A DNA stretch of 64,000 nucleotides from Mobula hypostoma (Eukaryota). How positions within the stretch are numbered: position 1 is the first letter of the stretch; the number at the start of each line of letters is the position of its first letter. This document shows, piece after piece, positions 25,693 to 38,515 of this stretch. The notes under the pieces are model-generated. The model saw nothing but the letters and a program-made list of their open reading frames with translations. It was not told the origin of the DNA and did not search any database. Where the stretch lies: the NCBI RefSeq assembly GCF_963921235.1, contig NC_086109.1, forward strand, positions 32,800,001 through 32,864,000. Reading direction: 5' to 3'. Position numbers and translations under genes: made by a program.

Positions 25693-26179
25693 CTATACCA
25701 TTATTTTCCATGAGTGTCGCACGTACGTCCCTGACATCAAACAATAAAACTATCACAGAGTTACAGACTCTGTGCTATTGAAATTCAGTAAGACTGCTTT
25801 GTCTTTCACAGGACAAAAAATAAGGAAGTGTGGAAGTAGGGGTAAGGCAAGGATTAACATAATGTCCATGCAAGGATTGATGAAAATAGAGTGCAGACAG
25901 CCCAGGCAAGAAAGTTCTTTGAAGAGCATAGCTTTCCTTTGCACACTGCTGGTCTGGGGACAAGATAAGCCATGCAAGACACACACACCAACTAAGTATC
26001 ATCAGTTGCAGTTGTAGTTTCTATTGACTTTTAACTCCTCTATAGTGAATATTGGTTCATCTTGCAAGCAAGGAATTCAAACATATACATTTTACCATAT
26101 GGTCAATATCCATAACTGATAAGCCAATTCTGTATAAAAATAGTAGTTTTCTGTCCAGGTTTCAAATGGTGAAACCATG

Positions 26180-26872
26180 CAGGAAGATTCCGGAAAAAAC
26201 TTCGAGACAGGGCATGAGCTGACATACGACCCCATTTCACTGGTTAAAACGTCCATTAATCGGCGAGTGAAGCATCGAGGAAGATTGAGAAAGAGAGGCA
26301 AATGTATAAGGTGAGTGAGAGTTCAGCACCAACTGCCTTCCTTTCGATCGCTGCCGGAGAAGGAATCTGTGAGTGGCCTATCGCTCTGTGGCTCGCTGTG
26401 GCAGATGGGTAGGCCTCTGCACTCGTATGGTGTCCCTCTCTTTTGATGAAAGTCAGTGATATCGTAGGGTGTTACCGTGGTTTTGCATTTATAGATTGGA
26501 ATATTACGTTTATAGACTGAGGACTTCTTCAGACTTGTGGTTTTTTTATTCTGTGTTTTTCATCGCCCATTCCTTTTCTGTTTTGTTGTGCAAGGGGAGG
26601 GTGTTTGGGGGCTGATGTTTTGATAGTTTTTGTTGTGTGAGGGAGGGGGTCGTTATTTGGGGGTCAATGTTCCTGATCTGTTTTGTGCGGGGGGAGGTTG
26701 ATGATCAGGATGCCATACTTTTATGTGCCGGGGGGGGGGGCGGGATTAATGTTTCTCTCTGAAAAACTTTCATGTTCCTGCTTTATTTTGTGGCTATCTG
26801 GAGAAGACAAATTTCAGAGTTGAATACGGATAAATGCAACGATAATAAGTGAACCTTTGAAACTTTGAAACT
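26180..26872 (+). mobile_element. Probable non-autonomous LINE-tailed repeat
   Basis: 3' end gataataagtgaacctttgaaactttgaa resembles the Rex-type tails near 7380 and 46080; 5' boundary uncertain. Confidence 0.4.
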
Positions 26873-26984
26873 TTTTGCTGTCTCCATGAGCAGAAGTAAA
26901 ATAAAGTGTGGTTGAGTCATAAGAGTGCAGGTGTTCTGAGCCCAGTTATTTTACTTTGATTTATTTGATTATGAGCAGCATTAA

Positions 26985-27610
26985 ATAAACAGTCAATATT
27001 TTGGGTCGAGACCCTTGATCTGGTCTGGAAAGAAAGGGAGAAGAAGCCAGATTAAGAAGGTGGAGGAGGGGAGAGTGCCCAAGATAGAAAGTGATAGGTG
27101 AAGCTAGGTGGGTGGAAAAGGTAAAGGACTGGAGAAGAAGGAATCTGATTGGACAGGAGTGTGGACCATGGGAGAAAGGGGAGAAGAAGGGGCACCACGG
27201 GATGTGATAGGCAAGGGAGGAGAAGAGAAGAGGTAAGTGGTGGGGGGACAGAGTGGGTATTAAAGAAAAGGGAACGGGGAGGGAGAGAATTACTGGAAGT
27301 TGGAGAAGTGAATATTCATGCCATCAGGTTGGAGGCTATCCAATCAGAATATGAAGTGTTGCTCCTTCAACCTGAGAGTGGCCTCATTGAAGCAGCAGAG
27401 ATGCCATGGACTGATATGTCAAAATATGCATAGAGATTGGAATCAAAATGGTTGGCCACCAGGAATTCCTGCTTTTTGCGGATGGCGTGAAGGTGCTCAA
27501 TAAAGTGGTCCCTCAGTCTACTTTGGGTCTCATCAATGTGGAGGAGGCCACATCGGGAGCATCAGAAAGAGTAGATGACCCCAACAGATACACCTGGAAG
27601 GACTGTTTGG
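26985..27610 (-). mobile_element. Penelope-like 3' fragment
   Basis: Similar to 15121-15600 and 17784-18040 (pLTR and GIY-YIG). Confidence 0.75.
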
Positions 27611-27789
27611 TGTATCTAACTATCTTATCAGTTTTCTCTTTGGCATCCATCCAGAAACCAGTCTCTAACCAATTTTATTCATCGTACCTGACATCAAGAA
27701 ATGGCTCAGTGAGCTGGATAGAGCAAAGGCAACATTCACCATGTATGTCTCAAAACTTTGTACACCGTCTCAAAACTTTGTACACCCTC

Positions 27790-29070
27790 CCAAAACTGTA
27801 CTAGACGACATTCCAGCGGCAGTACTGGTGACCTGTGGTCCACAAAAAGCTGTGCCAAAGACAAGTTGTTCCAGACAGTTACAGCATCAGCATCCATCCA
27901 AGAATTTGAACATTGCCCAGGTATTTCCTGTTCACAACAATCAGGACAAATCCAGGCTGATTAATCACTGCTTAATCAGCTTACTCTCAGTCATCAGCAT
28001 GATGATGAAAGCTGTCATCAAACAGCACATATTCATTGATAACCCACTGACCTTTGCCCAGATGGGTTTTGTCTGAACAAGTTGGCTTTATCCAAACATA
28101 GAACAGAGAATGGTTCCAGAGAAGAGGTGAGAGTGTCCACATTTCACATCAAGGCAGCTTTTTACCAATTGTGGCATCAAGGTGTCCTGCTAAAACTAGA
28201 GATAGCGGGCACCAGACTGGAGGCATATGGCTTGAGACATAGGATGAGAGTGGTGCATGTCGAACGATAATCACCTCAGTCTCTAAGTATCACTGCAACA
28301 ATTCCTCAGAGCAGCATCTTGAATCCAACCAAGTTCAACTTCTTCATCTGTGACACAGTTTCAGAAATGGGGATTTTCATTGACAATTGCACATTATTCA
28401 TTTGTATTCACTACTCCTCTGAAAATTATGCAATCAATGTATGCAGAATAGCCTAGACAACATTCAGGATGGACTGACAGACAGACAGCAAGGGAGATTT
28501 ACAATATGAAAATGCCAAACAGTGGCCATTGCCAACAAGAGGAAATCCAACCATCGCTTGTCAATATCCAGTTCTATTATAGCCCTCCCCTCCTCACCCA
28601 CATAATTGACCTGAAACTCAACTGCACCAGCCACATAAACACAAGGGATTCTGGAGATGTTCAAAATCCAGAGGAACACACAAAATGCTGGAGGAACTCA
28701 GCAGGGCTATAGAGAGGAATAAACAGTCGACATTTTGCACCAAGATCCTGCATCAGGATCTGATGAAGGGTCCAGGCACGAAACATCGACTGTTTATTCC
28801 TCTCCATAGATGCTCCTGATCTGCCGAGTTTGTCTAGTTTTGTACGTTACACAAGCCACATGATACCACAGCTGCGTTCACCAGCAACTTTGATGTGTGT
28901 TGCTTGAATTTCCAGCATCTGCAGAATTCCTGTTGATACCACAGCTACAAGGGCAGACCAGAGGCTGGATATCTTGCAGTGAGATACTTGCCTCCTGGGT
29001 CTCTATGGTCATTCCATGTTTTACGAGGCACAGATCAAGAATGCGAAGATACGCTCCATGGCTATTTTAA
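27790..29070 (+). mobile_element. Highly degraded CR1/L2-group LINE with nested Penelope scraps
   Basis: Degenerate ISLLSVIS, HIKAAF..LWHQG and PQ.SIL.P RT motifs. Confidence 0.55.
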
Positions 29071-29079
29071 TGAGCCCAT

Positions 29080-29520
29080 CATATGGCAGCTACTCCATGC
29101 ATAAAAGCATGCAGACAGGGTTGAGATTCAGTTATTGTTCAGACCCAACATCAGAACGGGGAAAGAATGTGATCTAAGTGACTTTGACTGTGGAATGATT
29201 GTTGGCGCTAGATGGTTTTGGTATCTCAGAAACTGCTGATCTCTGGGGATTTTCTCACACAACAGTCTTCAGAGTTTACAGAAATTTATGCCATAAAGAA
29301 AAACATTCTGTGAGTGGCAGTTCTGTGGTCAAAACCACTTTGTTAATGAGGGAGGTCAGAGGAGAATGGCCAGACTGGTTCAAGTTGACAGAAAGGTGAC
29401 CGTAACTCAAATAGCCACAAGTTACAATGGTGGTGTGCACAACACATTGAACCTTGAAGTGGATGGGCTACAGCAGCAGAAGTCCACAAGTATACACTCA
29501 GTGATCACTTTATTAGGTTC
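29080..29520 (+). mobile_element. Tc1-like DNA transposon remnant
   Basis: DLSDFD.GMIVGAR..G.SETADL.GFSHTTV HTH-like segment; CACTCAGTG..CACTTTATTAGG TIR-like motif near 29495. Confidence 0.65.
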
Positions 29521-29791
29521 AGGAGGTACTAAATGGCTTGCAGAAACTCAGCAAATCAGCCCAGTTTGATTGGCAATCTATCAGTCACTGTATTCACTCC
29601 CCCCACCAGGATGCAAAGTGGCTGTTGTGCGTTATGCACAAAATTTACTGCAAGCTTCGTTTTCATCCTTTCTGTGCAATGATTTTTCAAAGAACCTACA
29701 GAAATTAAAACCCAATATATAGGAAGACTAAATGGCCAAAAGGGAACAAGGCTCATCAGTAAAAGATCTCCTGCAAATGTAAAATGTCATC

Positions 29792-30790
29792 CAAAGTTCA
29801 AAGTTCAAAATAAATTTTATTATCAGAGTACATATATGTTACCATATACAACCCTGAGAGTCATTTTCTTGTGGGCACCCTCAACAAATCTATAGAATAG
29901 TAACTATAACAGAATCAGTGAAAGATGTTCCAACTTGGGCATTCAACCCAAGTACAAAAAAAACTGTACAAATGCAAAAAAAGAAGAAACAATAATATAA
30001 ATAAATAAACAATAAATATTGAGAACATGAGATGAAGAGTCCTAGCTTGTGGGAACATTTCAATGATGGGGGGGGGGCAAGTGAAGTTGAGTGAAGTTAT
30101 CCCCTTTTGTTCAAGAGCTTGACGGAGGAGGGGCAGTGACTGCCCCTGAACCTGATGGTGCACGTCCTAAGGCTCTTCTGCCTTATTCCTGATGGAAGCC
30201 GTGAAAAGAGAGCACGTCCTAAGAGATGGGTGTCGTGGTGATTGATGTTGCTTTCCTGCACCAGCATTTCATGTTAGATGTGCTCAATAGTTGGAAGGGA
30301 TTCATCGTGATGGACTGGGCCTTATTCACCACGTTTTGTAGGACTTTCCGTTCAAGGGCATTGGTATTTCCTTACCAGGCTGTGATGCAGCTAGTCAATA
30401 TACTTTCCACTACGCATCTATAGAAGTTTGTCAAAGTTTTAGATCTCATGTCAGATCTCCACAAACTCCAAAGGAAGCAGAGGCACTGCCATGCTTTCTT
30501 TGCAGTTGCACTTATGTGCTAGGCTCAGGACAAGGCCTATGAAATAATAATATCTAGGAATTTAAAGTTGTTAATCCTCTGCATCTCTGATCTCCAATGT
30601 GGACTGGCTCATGAACCACTGGTTTCCTTCTCCTGAAGTCTATAATCAGTTCCTTGGTCTTGCTAACATTGAGTGAGAGGTTGTTGTTATGACAGCAGTC
30701 AGCCAGATTTTCAATCTCCCTCTTATATGCTGATTCATCTCTACCTGTGATTTGGCCAACAACAATGGTCTCATCAGCAAATTTGAATAT
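29792..30790 (-). mobile_element. Rex1/Babar LINE 3' fragment
   Basis: Degenerate FADE/LSLNVSKTKELIIDFR on the minus strand; (TTTGAAC)n tail. Confidence 0.75.
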
Positions 30791-30878
30791 GATAGATAGA
30801 TAGATATTTCATTGATCCCGAAGAAAATTGCAGTGTCACAGTAGCATTACAAGTGCACAGATATAAGTATTAGAGGAG

Positions 30879-32145
30879 TGTCACAATCAGGGTGTTGGGA
30901 ATGGACCCAAATGCAAGACACAAACACTGAAGTACAAGGAACAGGACTTGACTAGAGTAGGGACGTGACAGGATACAGACAAGGAGCAGGGACAAGAACG
31001 CAGACTTGGTCTAGGACCCCAAGCCAGAGACTGGACAAGGACACAGAACCTGGGTCTTGCCCCCGGGCTTGGGCCCCAGAATCAGGCATGGACCTGACAT
31101 GACTGCAGGACTGGAGGCTGGGATCTTGGACTTGAGGCTTGAGCTTGGAGACAGGCTGGGGTCTTGGTCTTGAGGCTTGAGCTTGGAGACAGGCTGGGGT
31201 CTTGGTCTTGAGGTTTGAGCTTGGAGACAGGCTGGGGTCTTGAGGTTTGAGCTTGGAGACAGGCTGGGGTCTTGGTCTTGAGGCTTGAGGCTTGGGTATG
31301 GACTCCGAGCTAGACACTGGGCAAGGACCCAGAACCTGGGACTTGACTTGGGCTCAGACTCCAGAACTAGGCGAGGACAAGACGAGGCTACAGGTCTGGA
31401 CATGGCTTGAGTGAGGAACTCCTGGGTAGGGCGAGACACAAGCACAGGTAAAGGCACATGGACAGGACTCAGATAGGACTGGACTAGGCATGGACTGGAC
31501 GAGGGCCTTCAGGAGCATGGAACACAGAGCCAGGACCCCTCCTTGGGAACAGGACATAGGGCCGGAACTCACACACATAACACAGAGCCAGGACCCCCCC
31601 CTTGGGAAAAGGATGTAGGGCTGGAACTCATACACAGAACACTGAACATGAAGAGACGGATCCCAACACAAGGTGGCGGCAAATGGCTGAACCCACCTAG
31701 CAAAGGCATGGACACAGAGACAGATCCCAACATTAGGTGGCAGCAAACGGCCAGACCCACCTAGCAAAGGCTTGGACACAGAGAGAAAATTCCACACAAC
31801 GAAAGACTGCTCCTTATCTGGACCTAACAAGGCTCCAGTCTTGCTACAGCGGTAAGACTTCAGCAATACAGGTGGGGTATACAGGCAGGGTATCCAGGCT
31901 AGGTGAGTAGGCAGACACTCAGGCGAGGCATCCGGACACAGAATCAGGCAAGGGGGGAAAAGACAGGGAGGGGAACAAGACAGTCCAGCAGGGAATCCCT
32001 GGTTTGCCAAGGTATTTATGTCTCAGCCCCAAAACGAGAAACATGTGCCCACAGCAGAAACTGGGGAAAACCAGAAACCCCAGAACAAGGAACCATGGAC
32101 CGGACCGTGAACCGGAACACGGACTTCACGGACCGGACTATGACA
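30879..32145 (-). mobile_element. LTR-like insertion with an internal 38-bp tandem repeat (about 31126-31290), inside a Rex-type fragment (about 30792-32490)
   Basis: TGTCA...TGACA termini; repeat unit cttgaggcttgagcttggagacaggctggggtcttggt; no clean TSD. Confidence 0.65.
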
Positions 32146-32819
32146 AACAGAAGTAAAAAGAATAAAAAATAAGTTACCTAAAACAGTCTAACGGGAGGGG
32201 TTCATCACTTCCCTGGCAATAGGTTGACTCATTATAGAGCCTAATGGCTGAGGGTAAGAATGACCTCATATAGCACTCTTTGGAGCAGCGCAGTTGTTTT
32301 GCATTGGAGCTGCACTTAGCTACACACTTGTAAGTGTAAGGTGAATAGAGCAGTGGGCTATGTACACAGGGATGTGGTGGCCCTGTGCTGATGGACATCG
32401 TGGAGGAGATGTTATTGCCAATCTGAACTGACTGGGGTCTACAAGTGAGGAAGTCCAGGAACCAATTGCACAAGGAGGTATAGCACAATTGCACAAATAT
32501 CTAAGTAGTAATTAAGCTTTTTCACTCTATAAATTTAAAAGTAAAATATCACTGGAACTACTATACATAATAGCAGTTTGCTCTCATATGAAGTGCATTC
32601 CTAGCATATGATTTCATGAAATTATTCTTGATAATTTCAATAGAAGGACTCCACCTGTTATGGGGGGGGGCAGGGTGGAGGGTGCATATATACAATAATT
32701 GAGCAGAAGTGATTTATCAGAATACTGGGAATGATCCTGGGAAGTGAGTGGATAAGGTTCTATTAACTTCCCTGGCAATGTGAGGTGAGCTGAAAGTTTG
32801 AACCGATGGGAACGTAAGA

Positions 32820-33505
32820 GATTCTGCTGGAAATGCAGAGCAGTACACCTCAAAATGCTGGAGGAATTCAGCAGATCAGGCCCAATAATGAAGAGGAATA
32901 AAGAGTTTGTTTCCTGAGATGGAGACACAGTAAATGAGAAAGGGGAGGGAGGTATCAGAAATGGACCAAGTGAACTTGAGGGCAGGGTAGAAGTCGGAGG
33001 TGAAATTGTTGAGCTCAGCAATGAAGCAGCACTAATGCAGTTGACAGTGTAGCACAGGAAGAGTTGGGGAGCACGACCATGGAAGGCTTGAAACATGGAC
33101 TGTTCTACAGAGCCAAAAAAAAGGCAGGCATATCTGGGGCCCATGCGAGTGCACATGGCTACCCCTTGAGTCATGAGAAAGTGGGAGGAGCTGAAGGAGA
33201 AATTGTTGAGATGGAGGAGGGTGGTGATGGAGGGGAACTGGTTGGATCTTTTGTTGAGAAAGAAGCAGAAAGCTTTAAGGCTTTCTTGATGGGGGGATAG
33301 AAGTGTATAGATTCTGGACATCCATATTGAAAATGAGGCGGTCTGGGCCAGGGAATTGAAAGTTGTTGAGATAGAGACCATGTGAAATATTGCAGATATT
33401 TGTGGAAAGGGACTGAACTAAGAGGAATAGAACGGAGTGGAGGTATGCAGACAGTAGTTCAGTGAAGCAGGAGCAGGCAGAGGCAATGCGCAGTCAGGTT
33501 TATGA
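32820..33505 (-). mobile_element. Penelope RT fragment
   Basis: NNFSFSSSHFLMTQGVAMCTRMGPRYACLF, paralleling 18600-19200. Confidence 0.8.
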
Positions 33506-33769
33506 GGTGAAATGATGGGGTATGCTGATCATTGAAGAGAATTGTTAAGAATGACCCGTTCTTCAAATAGGGAAATCCAAACAAGCTAAACCTACCTTGT
33601 TCAATCTAAGATCATTGGAAGGAAATTCAGAAAAAAAGAACAAAATGAAGTGTGATAGTGTTGGGCACATTACTCGAAGTGAAGTCCAGTAAGTAAAGTG
33701 AAGTATTGAAATAGAGAAGATACTGATTTATGAAGCAAGGTCATTAAGTGATCAGGGAAAATTTAGAAG

Positions 33770-35325
33770 AAAATTGACAACAAAATAGCAGCATAGCCTA
33801 AAAACTTGAAATCTTTTTTTTTCTTATTACAAACAACTAGACATCAAACTGCTGTCTGCAGTCATTGTGCCTGGAAATACTACTTTCAATTTTGTCTCTG
33901 CTAAATCTATTCCTAAATTGTCTCCTACTTTCATTAGTGCAAGTCAACTCTTTGCTTTGAGATACAACATGGCTATCATAAGGACCTTTATAAGAAAGCC
34001 CTACATGGGAGACTGGTCTAAAGGAAAGATCCCTGGAAAGTTGGCAAAATGGGTCCAAAACTGGTTTGTAGTAAAAGACAAAGGGTGACGGTGGAGCTTT
34101 ATCATTGTGACTGGAAGAATATAATCTGAGGTGTACCACAGGATTCGGTGCTCTTTGTTATTTATACTATACTATTAGTTACCTTACTGTTTGTTATTTA
34201 TATTAATGATATGAATGTCTAGCAAGGTATAAGGAGTGAAGGGTGCAACTAGGACAAAAACAGATGGCAGTCCTAGGTTCCAGGGGAGGTATTGAACAGA
34301 TGTTAAGCTAGGCATAATAAAAGCTGTTGGAATTTACTTATGATTCTGTGAGAAATGACAAGGCCAGGATATATACAACAAGTAGAAAGATCCTAAAGAG
34401 TATGCGGGAACAGAAAAATCTTGGTGCATAAATCCAAAGATCCTCAGAGTTATTGCACTGGTGGGTAAGATGGTGATACTTGTCTTCGTTAGCTGGGACG
34501 CAGAATATAAGAGCAGGGAGGTTATGGTACAAATTTAGAAGACAGATTAAGTCACAACTAGATACTGTGGTCACGGCACCATAAGATGGATGTGATTGAA
34601 CTGAAGAGCAGACTTGCTCAGATGTGGCCTGGGAAGGAGTGTTTCAGTTATGAAGAGAGTTTGGATAAGCAGGGATTGTTTTCATTTCAGCAGAGGGACT
34701 GATTGAGGTATAAGGGCATGTATGGATAGACGAAATAGTAAGAAACTTTATGGATAGGAGATATATAAAATCAGTGAGCACAAATTTAAGGTAATAGGTA
34801 AAAGATGTGAGAAAGAAATTTTTCACCAAGAGAGTAGCTGGAATTTTTTTTTAGAGGTACAGTGCACAACAGGCCTTTTCAGCCCACTGAGCTGTGCCAC
34901 CAATAACCCACCAATTCACCCCTAGGTTAACCACAAGACAATTTACAATGACCAATTAACCTGCTAAGTGGTACATCTTTGGACTATGGGAGGAAATCAG
35001 AGCACTTGGAGGAAACAAACACGCACAAGGGAAGAACATACAAACTTCCTTACAGAGGGTGCCGGAATTGAACTCTGACATTCCAAGCTGTAACAGCGTC
35101 ACGCTAACCACTACGCCACCGTGGCGCTCTACAGAATGCACTGCCTGTGAGGGAGGTAAAGGCAGGAAGTCTCACAACATTTAAGTATCTAGGCAAGTAC
35201 TTATTTCATCAAGAAGATTACAGAGTAAGTGTTGTAAAATGTGATTAGTGTATTACACATGGGTTGTTAATGCTCTTGGCAGTGACACGGTAGGCCGATC
35301 GGCCCTTTTATCTGTACTGTACAAT
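33770..35325 (+). mobile_element. Degraded CR1, interrupted by a V-SINE (about 34850-35130, minus strand)
   Basis: GKLAKWVQNW and GVPQDSV motifs; the V-SINE carries GTATGTTCTTCCC...TCCTCCCATAGTCCAAAGA. Confidence 0.65.
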
Positions 35326-35974
35326 TTGCTTGTAGGGTATTTCAACATGTACAAGGTTGAAAGTATGATTGAATTATGCAGTCCCTCCTTCTTTACGTCT
35401 TTCATTGGTGAGAATACAATTAAACATTCCTTTGTTTGTCATATATAGCCAATGGCACCATCTAGTGCCAAGTACGAGTAAACCTCCAAAATATTTCCTC
35501 CAAATGTACATTTCGAACATCTACCTCAAAGACAAGCTCTTAACAGCACAGTGCCAGACTGGGATGCTTGCTAGATAAATATGTTAAGGTGAAAAGAAAA
35601 CTGCAGATGCTGGAAATCTATAATAAAACAGAAAATTTTGGAAATCCTCAGCAGGTCAGGTCACAACTGTAGGAAGAGAAAAGGGGTTAGCACTTCAGGT
35701 TAGCGACCCTCTATCAGAACTCTGACCAAAGAGAATTAAGTTACTTCCCATCCCCATCAGACTGTACTGACCAGCCCAGCCGCCCTAAAACCAAGCGACT
35801 TGCTTTTCTATACCTGTAATCCCCTCACTGATATTCCAAAAGTTTGAACTGACCACAAACAACACCAGTCTCATCTTCACAGCTTGCTTCAGATACAGCA
35901 AGCTGTCTGCTCCCCTAACCCTACAACAGTCCAATGTCCCCACCACCATAGCACAGGCCCAATTGCTTTCCTTC

Positions 35975-36837
35975 TGTTACATAACCGGCAACAATGAATA
36001 TCAATCCAGTCAGGTTATATAAAAACAACTAAACAATTATTAAACATGGATAAACAATAAAAAACAAACAAAAACCTTAACCGGAAGTTAACTGCTATGC
36101 GACCGTTCAACAAATCATCACTCGGTACTGGTTCTTAAAGCGATAAATGCAAAATCAGTTCTTAAAGCGGTAAAGTCAAATACAGTTCTTAAAATGGTAA
36201 ATTCGAAAGTCCAACAAATTTATACATTCATTTGGGAGAGACTTTTCTGGAGAAGGATTTCTTCATAGACGCGACTTCTCTGCTGGTTCTGTCCAAAGGA
36301 TTCATGAGGAAGAAAATAAACGGCTTAAATCAACTGACCTTAATTTCTAGAGAGCAAATCCTGCATGAACTACCATTCTCTTTCGGCAAGAGTTATCTTC
36401 GATGCAGGTCGCTACTTCTTCAACGAAGACTCAATAAGGTCGAAACTTTATTAAACTGTCGAACGATACCAACTTCTCTTAATCCTTCAGGTCCTGTACT
36501 TCGATGAAGTCTTCACTCTCCAATACTACTGAAAAGGTACATCAACAAATCTAGCAGAAATTGCCAGTTCAGCACTATTGTACCTTGCAACAGAACATAA
36601 CACTCCATTTTAAAAATGAAACTGGGTCATAAAACAAATACGCAATGGAACGGAGACACTGACGAACATTCTAGCTGGAAAACTAACTGCGTCACCAGAG
36701 GTCTTCCCTTTTATACCCGTGATGAACATGTCATCACGTGACCTCACATTTGCCAGAAAATTACATCAGGTGACCTCCAAAACACCATTACATCATTCTC
36801 ACAAGAAAGTCACAAGATCTCCTTGAGGTATGTAACA
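35975..36837 (-). mobile_element. Solo LTR (863 bp)
   Basis: TGTTACATA...TATGTAACA inverted termini; CTTC TSD (35971-35974 and 36838-36841); TATAAAAG on the minus strand near 36710. Confidence 0.85.
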
Positions 36838-37937
36838 CTTCAAACACCTGTTTAGTCAAATAGAGTTACTTTAGCAGCCCAAGCACTTCATTAAGAAAGT
36901 CTGTGGGAACAGTTATTTATGAAAAAAATGGAATTCTAATGTTTTAACATGTAACTACGTAACATAATTTGGCGATAAGAGGTGTTGTCAAGATCCTTTT
37001 GGAAGTCTGGTAAACAGTGAAGATCATGTCCACAATATCTCAAGAAGGACAAAGTCCACACTGCTATTCAGGGAGCAGATCTTCATCCAGGAGAGAACCC
37101 TAGTGATGAATTCCCACATAGCAGTCAGAAGGAATTACCACTTTCAGCTGTACCCTTTCTTATTGACATGGTTATGGCAAATCTGGGGTATCCCCTTCTT
37201 CCCTGATGCAGGGAATAAGGTTGCAAAGTTGTAACTGAAGCACTTACTGCCAGGATTTTGGAATTCATTGGAAAAAAATTTTAGTTAGGACATGGCATTT
37301 TCAAATTCTTATTGTTCAGGACAGGATAGGCTGTTGTGGGATGTCAAAGATGTTCACGTCCAGGACAAGAGTGATTGAGGAAGCCTTCGGATTGTTCCTT
37401 CCAGCAAGATTTGACTCCCTCTATCCCATTATTTGCTGTCAGTGGGATGAAGCCTGCAATGATCTTGACAGCACAGTGGTCATGGCTGTCGGTTAGTTGC
37501 TGATCATTCTGTACCTTCTCAATCCATCATCTGTTCTTCAGATCACGGGTTTTCTGCAGGACCTCTGCCTTCAGGTACCTGCAGGACTGATTCAGCTATG
37601 GTAGACCTCAGAGCAGCTCAGGCAATGTGGATAATTTGCACCTCATGCAGGGGAAGATCTACCTTCAATGGTGGGAGTAGCAGCAGCCTTGCATATGGCT
37701 GCTAACCTTTCTAAAGTCTTGACTCTATCAGTTGGGTGAGAATGGGGAATAGCTGGCTCAATGCACCTCCATTAGAATTGAGCAAGAAACTGCTGGAGGA
37801 ACTCAGTGGGTGAAGCTGAACTTGTGAAGGTAAGGGGATAATCTCTGCAGGGACTACTTAACCTATTGAGTCCTCCAACTGTTTGTAGCTTGCTCGAGAT
37901 TCCATTATCTGCTTCCTCTGATATCTACGTTAGCATG

Positions 37938-38250
37938 TGTTGACACGTGGCCAAGTGGTTAAGATGTTCGTCTAGTGATTTGAAGGTCGCTAGTTTGAGC
38001 CTTGGTTGAGGCAGCGTGTGTGTCCTTGAGCAAGGCACTTAACCACACATTGCTCTGTGACGATGCCGGTGCCTGTATGGGTCCTAATGCCCTTCCCTTG
38101 GACAACATCGGTGGTGTGGAGAGGGGAGAATTGCAGCATGGGCAACTGCTGGTCTTCCATACAACCTTGCTCAGGCCTGCACCCTAGAAACCTTCCAAGG
38201 CGCAAATCCGTGGTCCCATGAGACTAATGGATGCCTATATATAAAAAAAA
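37938..38250 (+). mobile_element. tRNA-derived CORE-type SINE
   Basis: A-box TGGCCAAGTGG; CORE-like GTGTCCTTGAGCAAGGCACTTAAC; A-tail; TTAGCAT on both flanks. Confidence 0.75.
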
Positions 38251-38251
38251 C

Positions 38252-38515
38252 ATTAGCATAGTGATTAGTGCCATGCTTCACTGTGCCAGCTGTAAGATCG
38301 AGGTTTGGTTCCTGCCACTATCTTTAGAGAATTTGTATGTTCTCCCCATGTCTTCCGGGTGCTCCGTTTTCCTCCCACATTCCAAATTTGTATGGTTACG
38401 GTTGGAAATGTAGGTATACTCTGTTGGTGACACTTGCACAAACCTCACTGATTTGATTTGACACCAATGATGCATTTCACTGTATCCTTCCATGCACATG
38501 TGACACATAAAGCTA
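38252..38515 (+). mobile_element. V-SINE
   Basis: V-domain-like TTTGTATGTTCTCCCCATG...TCCGGGTGCTCCG..TTCCTCCCACATTCCAAA. Confidence 0.7.

Larger units (their letters stand above)
12840..25760 (+). mobile_element. Fragmented class I (gamma/epsilon-like) endogenous retrovirus relic
   Basis: Gag MHR-like segment at about 14700-14770; CCHC-like at 20730-20785; VDT protease motif near 21000; RNase H 21100-21360; integrase HLQMDFVQL and FGIPGKTSSDNGPHF at 21610-22200; GPY-like C-terminus 25190-25330; env TM at 25375-25735. Confidence 0.75.

Noticed and set aside
26159..26310. Exon-like 152-bp open frame with a good acceptor (ttttctgtccag) and donor (AAG|GTGAGT)
   Set aside because: The peptide is unrecognised, there are no partner exons, and it runs into a repeat-like CpG-rich segment with a LINE-type tail. 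It is more likely part of a TE, though not excluded.
30952..32010. Repetitive ORFs of 121-218 aa
   Set aside because: Produced by tandem repeats inside an LTR-like element.
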